Sequence record: OR413581.1
Direction: 5' to 3' (one strand)
DNA length: 64,000 nucleotides
The notes below the pieces were generated by a model that worked only from the letters and a program-made list of their open reading frames with translations, was not told the DNA's origin and made no database searches. Positions within the stretch are counted from its first letter, which is position 1. Each line of letters begins with the position of its first letter. Position numbers and translations under genes: made by a program. Of this stretch, positions 28,619 through 37,261 are shown in pieces.

Positions 28619-29986
28619 GTGAGAAAGGTACCAAAATTCTACGGAATATCCGGCCGGTTGGTTAGTCAGGATAACTATTTGTCCGATTTGCAAATAGAAG
28701 CTGCTGCCAAAGGTATTAAACCACCCACTATTATTAACGATGTCGCCGTTAACGGGGATGCGATCGAGGTTGCTGAACTTATCGATCGCATGGTACAGAA
28801 CAGAATCGTTGACGAAGAACTGAACTCTGCACCGATTTGTAGTTTGGATTGTCCGGCACCGATCGCGCATCGTTACAATCTCGGTTGTAAGTGTCCGACG
28901 TGTGGCTATGTTGTAACTGAACATCGAATTGAATCCGATGTCTGGTTACGTGCACCTGATGAAATGGGTAACTTCGTCAACCCACGATTCTGGGCAATGT
29001 TCAATGCTTTCTTTAATAGCAAGTTGAAGAAGTTTGAACGTAACAAGGTCACTATCGAACGCGGTAATGACTTGATGATGTGGATGATTGACCCGTATTA
29101 CCGTATAGAAGAACCAGACGGTAAACGCGCACATGCTGTGAAACGTGTATTGGAAGAACATGGTTTCGTTCGTGGCTTGCGCAATCTGGTTGATAACCAC
29201 GTTAGTATCTTTAACATCCTTACCACGCCAGAAGCCTGGAAGGAAATCTTCGCACCTAATCGGCATAACGCCGCTGAAGGTGAACGCTTACGTTTACAAT
29301 GGAAGGAGCTATTCGAAACACAACGCCACGCATTCTTCCCAAGACACTTACCGTTAATCTCCTCTAAGCTTATTGTTACTGAGGAAGGTCGACGTGGTGT
29401 CATGGTAGACCCAGTGTTCACGGGTGCTATTGACGCGGTGAAAAATATCGCGTTGCTCTATACGCGGCGTAAAGCGATCGAACCACGTTTTCTGATTAGT
29501 CGCGCTTTGAAGGCGAACCGTCAGTTAACGTACTTCCACATGGACTTCCGTCGTGAGTCTATGGAAGGTAAACCGGGTGACTATCGTGCGAAATTGGGTT
29601 CTACCCATATCCCGTTCGGTGGTCGTGCAACCATCTCACCTATCTCAGAACCACACGATGCCTGGAAGTTAAAAGCACCATGGCGTTGGATGGTTGGGTT
29701 GATGTCGACCCACATCGAGAACAAACTGCTACGACGGGGTTATTCGTCACGGCAATGTGAGCGTATCGTTGCAAAAGCGGCAATGCAGTATGACCCGCTT
29801 GTAGATGAAATCTTTAAAGAACTGATTCGTGAATCCCCAGGCGGTCTTGGGATCATGGTCATACCGTTACGTAACCCAACGCTGGTACAGTTGTCTATTC
29901 AAACGCTGTACATCGATGAAGTTGTTACCGATGTTAACCAGTGTTCGCTGCGTATCTCTGACCGTGTGATCAAGATGGCTAACGGT
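28619..29986 (+). CDS. rpoC: Non-virion RNA polymerase beta-prime N-terminal subunit, exon 1
   Basis: Zn-finger CSLDC...CKCPTCG, GKPGDYR, RNPTL motif; ends ...KMANG at the group I 5' splice site. Confidence 0.85.
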
Positions 29987-30342
29987 TCGAAAAGAGCCCC
30001 ATCGGACGGGAAACCTCTGATGCGTATTCTCCTGAAATGCTGGGAAACCCTAAAGCGTATCTACCAGAAATGGGGACGAAAGTCTGAAACAACAGATACG
30101 ATGACCTACGCTAAACAATACTGCTAAGGGTTGTGTTAATGGGTAATCAGCAGCGAAGCCTCGTGAGAGGAACGTTCAACGACTATCGCTGAAATGCGAG
30201 TAGGGGTCCCAGTGGACTTCGAAGTGGGAGAACACCTAAGGCGAAAGCTATGGTGAAGATATAGTCTGTGCCTTATCGAGAGATAAGGAGGGTGTCTTAG
30301 CACACCTGCTGTATACGGAAACGGTATACAGTGGACAAACAG
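29987..30342 (+). mobile_element. Group I self-splicing intron without ORF (356 nt)
   Basis: P AAATGCTGGGAAA 30035-47, Q AATCAGCAGC 30145-54, R GTTCAACGACTAT 30174-86, S AAGATATAGTC 30256-66; P1 GGU|UC-GAAAA-GAGCC with the U.G wobble; terminal G at 30342; splicing restores the frame. Confidence 0.92.
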
Positions 30343-30570
30343 GATTTTGATGGTGACCAGTTCCAGGTACGTTTGCCAGTCGATGAAACTGAGATGAAGT
30401 TGGCGCTCCAATTCCGTCCAGATAACGGCTTTATGTCTTCTACTGATGTGGACCGCGTAGAACACGGCATGGTTTTACATAACGAGCTAATCAGTATGCA
30501 GAACCAGTTCCTTATTGAAGCAGATGAGGATGATGAAGAAGGCATTCCGTTGGAAGCGGTGATGGGCTAA
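30343..30570 (+). CDS. rpoC: Non-virion RNA polymerase beta-prime N-terminal subunit, exon 2 (catalytic DFDGD)
   Basis: Begins GAT TTT GAT GGT GAC; the spliced product is 531 aa with NGDFDGD. Confidence 0.88.
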   Translation, partial: DFDGDQFQVRLPVDETEMKLALQFRPDNGFMSSTDVDRVEHGMVLHNELISMQNQFLIEADEDDEEGIPLEAVMG

Positions 30571-30583
30571 TAGGAGTATTGTA

Positions 30584-31165
30584 ATGTGGCTACAAGGTAG
30601 CACGGTGTGGACGAAACAGACCGAAGGTAGCGGGGCACTCAGCGTATTCAAAGAATCGTTTTCGCTGTCTAGCCTGGCACCCGATCTCGTTGACCGTGTA
30701 AAAGAACATTGTCAGGACTTAATCTCACTGGAGCGTTTCCGTGAAACATTCAGTACCGCACGTAAATTACGTTATAGCGATGCGGTAGAGATGGTAAGAC
30801 AGATCGAAGAGTTGGGTGAATTCCAGTTCGCCAATGCTGCTTTACAGCCATTCCTCGTTGCCATGCCGGAATATCGTAAGTTGTATAATGACGGTATGGC
30901 GACTGGTTATGAGAACGGCTTTTCGCGGTTGGATGTGTTCAAAGGCAATGCGTATATGCGTACCGATGACCACTTCCGCGAAGCAACATCGGGCATTTCG
31001 ACGAAGTACGATGAAGATAAGATTTGGCAATGGGCTACCAATGAAGATCGTGCAGTACGACTGAGTCGAATCGATAAAGTGGATATTCAACTTAACTGGG
31101 CACGCATGTCAGCTTTCGACTGGGAAGATGGTGATCCCTGTTCGGAACTTGGCGCGACGTGTTAA
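30584..31165 (+). CDS. Conserved jumbo-phage hypothetical protein
   Basis: 193 aa with AGGAG SD. Confidence 0.8.
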   Translation: MWLQGSTVWTKQTEGSGALSVFKESFSLSSLAPDLVDRVKEHCQDLISLERFRETFSTARKLRYSDAVEMVRQIEELGEFQFANAALQPFLVAMPEYRKLYNDGMATGYENGFSRLDVFKGNAYMRTDDHFREATSGISTKYDEDKIWQWATNEDRAVRLSRIDKVDIQLNWARMSAFDWEDGDPCSELGATC

Positions 31166-31167
31166 AA

Positions 31168-31194
31168 AGATGGGGCTTCGGCCCCTCTTTTTTT
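31168..31194 (+). terminator. Rho-independent terminator
   Basis: GGGGC-TTCG-GCCCC plus T7. Confidence 0.8.
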
Positions 31195-31210
31195 CTTCAC
31201 TGGGGGCTGT

Positions 31211-31636
31211 ATGCAGCATCCTATATTGGCGTATATCGAGGGCTTGGCAGCACGGTATCGATACCGACCATTACCCAAGAAAGTACGTGAAGAAGCTTTG
31301 TCAGTTTATCAGCAACACTTAAACGGGTTCGATAAGGTAAGGGCTGCCACAATAGGTGGCGTGTCTGTGTGCCTACGTTGGAACCGTGTGGTGGTTGGTG
31401 ATTATGGTGCGTATCTCGAGATAGATGAGAAGGATCTGCTCGTTGGATTGGATGTGCCTCCTGAACAAGCCTGGCGGTTAGACGAAGAGTATATCGCTGG
31501 CCGTAAGCTGAGTATCAAATATCATTGGTTAACATTTCGGGGTGTAAAAGTTTACCATCAAGTCGACACCGTTAAGTATGCGGACTATCGACCGGGCAAA
31601 TATTACATTTCCGTCCTTGAATTTGACAGGAGCTAA
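31211..31636 (+). CDS. Hypothetical protein
   Basis: 141-aa ORF between a terminator and the next gene. Confidence 0.75.
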   Translation: MQHPILAYIEGLAARYRYRPLPKKVREEALSVYQQHLNGFDKVRAATIGGVSVCLRWNRVVVGDYGAYLEIDEKDLLVGLDVPPEQAWRLDEEYIAGRKLSIKYHWLTFRGVKVYHQVDTVKYADYRPGKYYISVLEFDRS

Positions 31637-31637
31637 C

Positions 31638-32024
31638 ATGATTGCGGTAGGAACCTTATCCACACGTGGCTGGGCACGCACACCCCAGGAAAAGGCGCGT
31701 GAGTTGATGAACCATTACACCGAGTCTGGCTATAGCCAATCGGTGGTTTATCGTGGGAACATTAAATCACTTGCGTATACGCAAGCTGTGTTTGCACAAG
31801 ATCCCGACGGGATGGTTGCCCAGATTAAAATGGATTTGGAGAACCTCTACGGGAACGTATTTCCTGCTGGCGTTGAAGTTGAAACCAGCTGGGAGTTTTT
31901 AAAAGATTCAGATGTGCGTTACCGCATCTTCATTAGTGTCCGTGTGCAAGAAGTTGTAGACGGTGAATGGTACGATGTTGAGCGGTACGTGGATACCGAG
32001 TCGAGTGCGATTGAGGATATGTAA
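31638..32024 (+). CDS. Conserved protein, possible T4 gp25-like baseplate fold
   Basis: ATG 31638 follows AGGAG; the alpha/beta pattern is compatible with a gp25-like fold (inference). Confidence 0.6.
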   Translation: MIAVGTLSTRGWARTPQEKARELMNHYTESGYSQSVVYRGNIKSLAYTQAVFAQDPDGMVAQIKMDLENLYGNVFPAGVEVETSWEFLKDSDVRYRIFISVRVQEVVDGEWYDVERYVDTESSAIEDM

Positions 32025-32698
32025 TGAGCCAGGAACCTACATTTAACGGTGTACCGTTAAGTCAGATGAATGAGCAGATGCGCTTTGAGTATAACAAACT
32101 CAAAGAGATTGAAAACGATTTGGCGGAAAGCCAGAACGTCTGTAGTGTCTTCACCGAAGCACAGTTCCGTCGACAGGGCTTACCACTGCTGTCCGGGATG
32201 CTTGATGGTACTTTTAACGAAGAGACCTGGACGGCTTACGTAGGAAGTCCATTTGTACCCCTACAGATTGTGGACGATGCTGATAACAGCAAACTGCTAT
32301 TTACCATCCCTGCTCTGCTGAACACCGGCCGCTCGTTAATCACCGTTGACGGCGAACCCTCCCTCTCCGATGAGACTGAGTACATCCGTCGTCAGGTTGA
32401 TGTGATTGCAACCGTCGGTGAAACCCAGATGTACAAGATGATCGATTACACCTTAACCGGGATCGAAAATATGTCTCTGGCTGAAAATTCAGTTCGTGCG
32501 AAGTACATTATTGACTTGCTGAACTGGATTTTCCGACGCTACGGTGTGGGTGGTCAATTGCCATATCCGGAAGGGTTGGTTGAATACGTCGATAAAATTA
32601 CCGGCGGTAAAAACACGCCGACAGCTGCAGAGACTTCGGTGCAAGCCCCAGCTCAAACGCAGCCAATCGTAGGGATCGGTGATGGAGAAGATTACTAA
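32024..32698 (+). CDS. Conserved jumbo-phage hypothetical protein
   Basis: 224 aa, TAATG overlap. Confidence 0.8.
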   Translation: MSQEPTFNGVPLSQMNEQMRFEYNKLKEIENDLAESQNVCSVFTEAQFRRQGLPLLSGMLDGTFNEETWTAYVGSPFVPLQIVDDADNSKLLFTIPALLNTGRSLITVDGEPSLSDETEYIRRQVDVIATVGETQMYKMIDYTLTGIENMSLAENSVRAKYIIDLLNWIFRRYGVGGQLPYPEGLVEYVDKITGGKNTPTAAETSVQAPAQTQPIVGIGDGEDY

Positions 32699-33921
32699 AC
32701 CTCCTAAGAAACCAGAAGGCGTTAAGCGCCTTTTGAACACTAACGATATCCATTTGTTGCATAAACGTGTGCCTACTTGGCACATCGTGGATGTGATACG
32801 TGAGGTACTCATTAGCTGCGAAAATACGCTTGATGCCTTTTATATAGCAGGGGATTTATTTGATGATTCCCGACATCGTGGATGTGATACGTGAGGTACT
32901 CATTAGCTGCGAAAATACGCTTGATGCCTTTTATATAGCAGGGGATTTATTTGATGATTCCCGACATCTTCGCCAGGAAGATTCTCAAGAAGCTGTGGGC
33001 TTCTTGACGTGGTTGCTCCAGTGGTCTAAGGCCACTAATACCGCCGTTCGCATCGTTGAGGGAACACCGTCCCATGACCACGGCCAGTCCAAAATAGTTG
33101 AGTCGCTGAACATCAGTATAGGCGCAGACTGTTTGTATTTGGCAGGGATCGGGATATTTTACGATCCGGCTCTCGATGCGATGGTAGGTTGGGTGCAGGA
33201 CGAATATAAAGCTGCTGGCGTCGATGAAATTAATGCTGCTGCCACTGAGGCAGAAATGGCAGAACTGATGGCGACACGAGGCCTGGAGAAGTTAGACTTT
33301 ATCTTCATGCACGGCTGCTTCCAGTTTCAACTCCCTGTCGAGTCCCCTCGTTCTTTCCACGAGGAGTTCTGGTTGCCGAGAGTCAAGCACCTGATATTTA
33401 TCGGGCACGACCATCGACCCAAGGAATTAGACAAGATAAGAGTTGTAGGTAGTCCTGAGCGACTATCTCAAGGTGAAGAGGAGGACAAAGGCGTAGCTCT
33501 TGTCGATTTCACCGATACGGTTGCCAGGGATTATTTCCTGGTTAACCCACGCGCGTGCCCGCAGAAAAAGATTCGGGCACAGGAAGACTTTGATGCGCAG
33601 TTAGCAGCTTGTCTTTCTGCATTAGAATACATCGACAATCATCCCTCGTCCGCTATTGGGCGATTTGAAGTCGAGTATTACGCAGGCTCACCGATGGCCG
33701 AATACGTCAGTCGGTGGAAAAAAGAATACACGTTCCACATTTCTGGAGAGCGTGTGCGCTCCTCTGAAGAGGAGGAGTTGTTAGTGAAGAGTTTTTCGAA
33801 CGAAGCCCCAGTGTACGAAAAACCTACTCCTGAGAACTTCGAACGGTTGGTTCTCGAAGAGCTAACATCAGTGAAGTACGACCCTGATGTTGTTACTGCA
33901 ATCATTAGGAAAATAGAATGA
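32679..33921 (+). pseudogene. sbcD: SbcD/Mre11-family metallophosphoesterase nuclease, frameshifted by a 91-bp duplication
   Basis: Motifs DIH, GDLFD, GTPSHD, FMH and GHDH are split across ORFs 32679..32894 and 32860..33921; deleting one repeat copy fuses them in frame. Confidence 0.8.
32782..32968 (+). repeat. Exact 91-bp tandem duplication bounded by ACATC microhomology
   Basis: 32782-32872 is identical to 32873-32963; ACATC at 32782, 32873 and 32964. Confidence 0.97.
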
Positions 33922-34754
33922 ATCCAATCAGTGTTGATCGCACTTTCGGGTTCTATTCAGTGTCAATCGCCAGTTCGCTGGCGTTTGAAGGTCTGCTGCA
34001 TACCGGCGAATACGCCGACTGGAAAGGCGAATTGCCTATCCATTCCTATCAGGAAATATACCTGAATCTCCGGACATTGTTCCGTAACGCCTTCTATGCG
34101 TTTGAAGAGAATAGAGAACGGTTAACACCCGACGTGATGCTAACATCGATTGAAGAAGATATTAATAATCTTACGGCTACCGCGAGAGCGGTAGCCCCTT
34201 CGGTGTTATGCGTTCCGTACCTTTGTAGCTATCGTAGCGCTAACAAAGTGTTTCCCGAAGCCTCGTTCAAAAACATTGCAGGCGGTCAGGATAAGATGAC
34301 GCCAAACCAGCTGCACTATAATGCACTGGAACACGACACCTTAAAAATGTACGGTGAGAAACACGAAAATGACTTCCGTCAATTCGATGTTTTCCCAGAG
34401 GGTAGCCGCGACACACTGTTACTGACCCATATGCCAGCTGATCTCCTGGCACGTAAAGATTTCCCTAAACTGGGTTTGTTGGAATCGCACACCGGTAAAG
34501 TGAAAACACAACTGGAGTGGTACACCAAACTTAACGGGAAACCCCAACATATTCCGTTTAACAAAGCGTTCCTGACGTTGTTTGGCGACGGGATAATGTT
34601 TTCACCCCTCGATCGCAAAACGCGTGGGGTGGTGTTAAAAACCGCAGAGAAGTACAGCTGGAAACAGGATACCACAATGGACCGTATTTATAACTGTCTA
34701 AAACTGGTGAATGAGCCATTTGTAATTGAACTGCTCCGCAGGCTTATGAAGTAA
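33918..34754 (+). CDS. Conserved jumbo-phage hypothetical protein
   Basis: 278 aa, ATGA overlap with the nuclease gene; core-block synteny. Confidence 0.8.
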   Translation: MNPISVDRTFGFYSVSIASSLAFEGLLHTGEYADWKGELPIHSYQEIYLNLRTLFRNAFYAFEENRERLTPDVMLTSIEEDINNLTATARAVAPSVLCVPYLCSYRSANKVFPEASFKNIAGGQDKMTPNQLHYNALEHDTLKMYGEKHENDFRQFDVFPEGSRDTLLLTHMPADLLARKDFPKLGLLESHTGKVKTQLEWYTKLNGKPQHIPFNKAFLTLFGDGIMFSPLDRKTRGVVLKTAEKYSWKQDTTMDRIYNCLKLVNEPFVIELLRRLMK

Positions 34755-34757
34755 GTT

Positions 34758-34766
34758 AAAATTTAC
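34758..34766 (+). promoter_or_regulatory. AAAATTTAC motif (middle-promoter-like)
   Basis: Third copy, upstream of the putative chmC. Confidence 0.5.
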
Positions 34767-34819
34767 GTTAGTGGGACATCATGTGTGAACCACTAGACTG
34801 CTTTTCCGAAAAGGATGAA

Positions 34820-35479
34820 ATGATGATTAACCAAGAAATTTTCAAAGACAAATGGCTTTACCCGCAGACCGAACCGGATCAGCAAAACCGTACGCGTAAA
34901 CTCAACATTGAACCGAATGATTTCAACGGTGATGTTGAAACTATGAAGTTTAGCTACTCCTTTGGTAAGGGCGAAGGTCTCTATTTCTCTGCGCCGATTA
35001 CGGTTTGCCGTACCATTATCGAAGCTCTGCAGGATTGTCTGCGTAAGAGCGAAAAGAGTATGCTGAAGTTTACTAACGAAAACGGCAACAAACCGCCCGT
35101 TAGTCTGATTGTTGGCCGTGAAGACAACCTGGTACCGTTCATCGCTATTGCCGGTGAAATCCAGGGCGTTGGTGCCCGCCAGAAGAAGTTCTACTTCTCC
35201 TACCCGAAAGGTTTCCGTATTTTCCGCGACGGCCAGCAGGTTTCTGATTTAGAACTTGCCGAGCGCTGCGCACGTGCGTTTATCACTAACTTCGAGAAGT
35301 TCTTACAGAACCTGGAAGAGAAATATAAGCCGCGTGAATTCCAGCAAGGTGGTGGTAGCTTCGGTCGTGGTGGATACGGCGGTGGCCAGGGTGGTGGTCA
35401 GCGTAGCGGCGGCGGTTATCAACAGCAGCAACAATCTGCACCTCCAGCAACCACTGATTCTTACGACGAATTCCTCTAA
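34820..35479 (+). CDS. chmC: Putative ChmC, phage-nucleus-associated single-stranded nucleic acid binding protein
   Basis: Directly precedes the sigma-like subunit as in related phages; Gly/Gln-rich disordered tail ending DSYDEFL; ATG follows AAGGA. Confidence 0.6.
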   Translation: MMINQEIFKDKWLYPQTEPDQQNRTRKLNIEPNDFNGDVETMKFSYSFGKGEGLYFSAPITVCRTIIEALQDCLRKSEKSMLKFTNENGNKPPVSLIVGREDNLVPFIAIAGEIQGVGARQKKFYFSYPKGFRIFRDGQQVSDLELAERCARAFITNFEKFLQNLEEKYKPREFQQGGGSFGRGGYGGGQGGGQRSGGGYQQQQQSAPPATTDSYDEFL

Positions 35480-35559
35480 GAAACAAAATAAAAAATACGC
35501 CCAAGGGAAACCTTGGGCTATTAACGCTTATGCGTGGTCCTGCAACACACACTGTAAGA

Positions 35560-35580
35560 AGATTTAGATAGATATTATCT
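35560..35580 (+). promoter_or_regulatory. AGATTTAGATAGATATTATCT promoter-like motif
   Basis: 34 nt upstream of ORF 35615; the same 21-mer occurs at 36976. Confidence 0.7.
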
Positions 35581-35614
35581 CAGTGCAATCGACTATTCGC
35601 GGAGTTCAACTATA

Positions 35615-37249
35615 ATGAAAATTATGAAGATTAAAGACCGGATGACAATCGAGCATCATGGTCAAGAGGTCACATTTATTGGCTTACGTTATCGGAAGGA
35701 TAACAACGCACCCGACTACATCACTGTTAAAGGTAAACAGATTGCACGCGACAACATTCTCTTCATGGAATTACAACGCGTGTGGGATTATTTAACGCCA
35801 GACGAACAAGATGAACTGTTCATGGCGTATCTGATGCTGGACGAGCTGGCAAACGAATCGACGGAAACGCAGCGTAAGCACATGCCGAAGATTGTGCAGA
35901 CGATTGCGAAGTTCCACAAGGCCGAAGTGTATCGTAAGCTGTATCCCATCGATAAGCTGTGGATTCCGCAGAACATGGAAGATACGCACGATGAAATGAA
36001 CAGTAATTATCCGGAAGCGATGACGTACATTCGTCCGGACTATTACGAGTTGTTGATACTGGTCCTGATGATTAAACCGTATATTCCGGTGTTCCTCACC
36101 ATGGGGACGTTCCCGATAGGTAAGAACTTGCCAATCGAAACACATCGGAAAATGGTGTACAATCTGACATACTGTCTGGAGATGCTTCAAGACACGGAAG
36201 TCATGTCTTTACCTGCTATTCCGAAACTGCGTGGGTTCCTACAGACAGTGATGGAAAAGGTAGAAAAAGAACTGGCAAACAAAGGTACGAACAGCACCAG
36301 TTTGTCGGTACTGGCTACGGTGCGGGGCTATGGCACGGATATGATGGAAGATTATATCCTGGCGTATGCTATTATTAAATTGTTGGCTGTCCGTGAAGTC
36401 GGTGGTGAATTACCGGTTGAAATCATGGTTAACAACAATATCGTCACCGGCATGTATTTTCTGGTTAAACAAGAGATTGAAACAGGTTTTGCAAACAAAA
36501 TCTCTAACCAGCCGGTGCTGTTAAAAGCGCATCCGGAAAGTGTGGTATTCAATGGCGAAAAGGGTAAGATAAACGCCATGGATTTGGTGCAGGCACGTTC
36601 TCCTGCACAGATGAAAGAATACGTCCGTACCGAGTACGTATTTAAAGAATACCGCTCTTTCTTGAAAACAATGCGTCTGGATAATGCCGCTCCAGCAGAT
36701 GTTAAGTTATTGATTGATTCGCAACTGGCAACACATGACGGTCCTGTCTATACGTTGCACGAATGGTTAGTCGCGTTAGCACTCCATCGTAGCGCGCATT
36801 ATAAGACGTATACTGAATGTGGACCAGAAGCGTTTCGCTACGGTATGGCGTTGGCACAGGCAACTTATCTCAATTATGGAATGTATGACGTTGCGCAACT
36901 GTTAAGTTGCAATATGGTGCGTTCTGAGATGTCTGCCGGTTATGCAGCCGACCCAATTCGATCTGAACTCAAAGCAGATTTAGATAGATATTATCTTCAG
37001 GAGTATCGCAACCCGCGTAATCTCGAACCGCAATCTACACCACGGGAATCACTGACCTTGTTACACAAGGATCACATCAACCCGTATCTGTTCCATCTCA
37101 GGGCTACACCAGAAGCAGCTGCGCTGCTGAAGTGTGAGACGGATCAGCCAAACTATATACCTCACTTGTCACTGCACAATAGCCTGGCGGAGTTTATGGT
37201 GTTGAATGCACGTCGCAAGTTAGAAGAAGTTGAATGGTTTAATTCTTAA
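35615..37249 (+). CDS. Non-virion RNAP promoter-specificity (sigma-like) subunit, phiKZ gp68-like
   Basis: 544 aa, helical; position in the ChmC-gp68-PicA-gp70-beta-beta-prime block. Confidence 0.65.
   Translation: MKIMKIKDRMTIEHHGQEVTFIGLRYRKDNNAPDYITVKGKQIARDNILFMELQRVWDYLTPDEQDELFMAYLMLDELANESTETQRKHMPKIVQTIAKFHKAEVYRKLYPIDKLWIPQNMEDTHDEMNSNYPEAMTYIRPDYYELLILVLMIKPYIPVFLTMGTFPIGKNLPIETHRKMVYNLTYCLEMLQDTEVMSLPAIPKLRGFLQTVMEKVEKELANKGTNSTSLSVLATVRGYGTDMMEDYILAYAIIKLLAVREVGGELPVEIMVNNNIVTGMYFLVKQEIETGFANKISNQPVLLKAHPESVVFNGEKGKINAMDLVQARSPAQMKEYVRTEYVFKEYRSFLKTMRLDNAAPADVKLLIDSQLATHDGPVYTLHEWLVALALHRSAHYKTYTECGPEAFRYGMALAQATYLNYGMYDVAQLLSCNMVRSEMSAGYAADPIRSELKADLDRYYLQEYRNPRNLEPQSTPRESLTLLHKDHINPYLFHLRATPEAAALLKCETDQPNYIPHLSLHNSLAEFMVLNARRKLEEVEWFNS
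36976..36996 (+). promoter_or_regulatory. Intragenic copy of the 21-bp promoter-like motif
   Basis: Identical to 35560-35580; inside the coding sequence (DLDRYYL), about 265 nt upstream of ORF 37262. Confidence 0.6.
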
Positions 37250-37261
37250 GGAGTATTTAAA

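Noticed and set aside
29987-30127. C-terminal 46 aa of the 502-aa ORF (SKRAPSDGK...KQYC)
   Set aside because: Read-through into intron sequence, not part of the mature RNAP subunit.
30136-30545. Minus-strand ORFs as a possible intron-encoded endonuclease
   Set aside because: Antisense, short, and without HNH, GIY-YIG or LAGLIDADG motifs.
30331-30570. Stand-alone 79-aa gene
   Set aside because: It is exon 2 of the intron-split RNAP gene.
32782-32968. CRISPR-like or transposon-related repeat
   Set aside because: Only two adjacent copies, no spacers, no terminal inverted repeats and no transposase.
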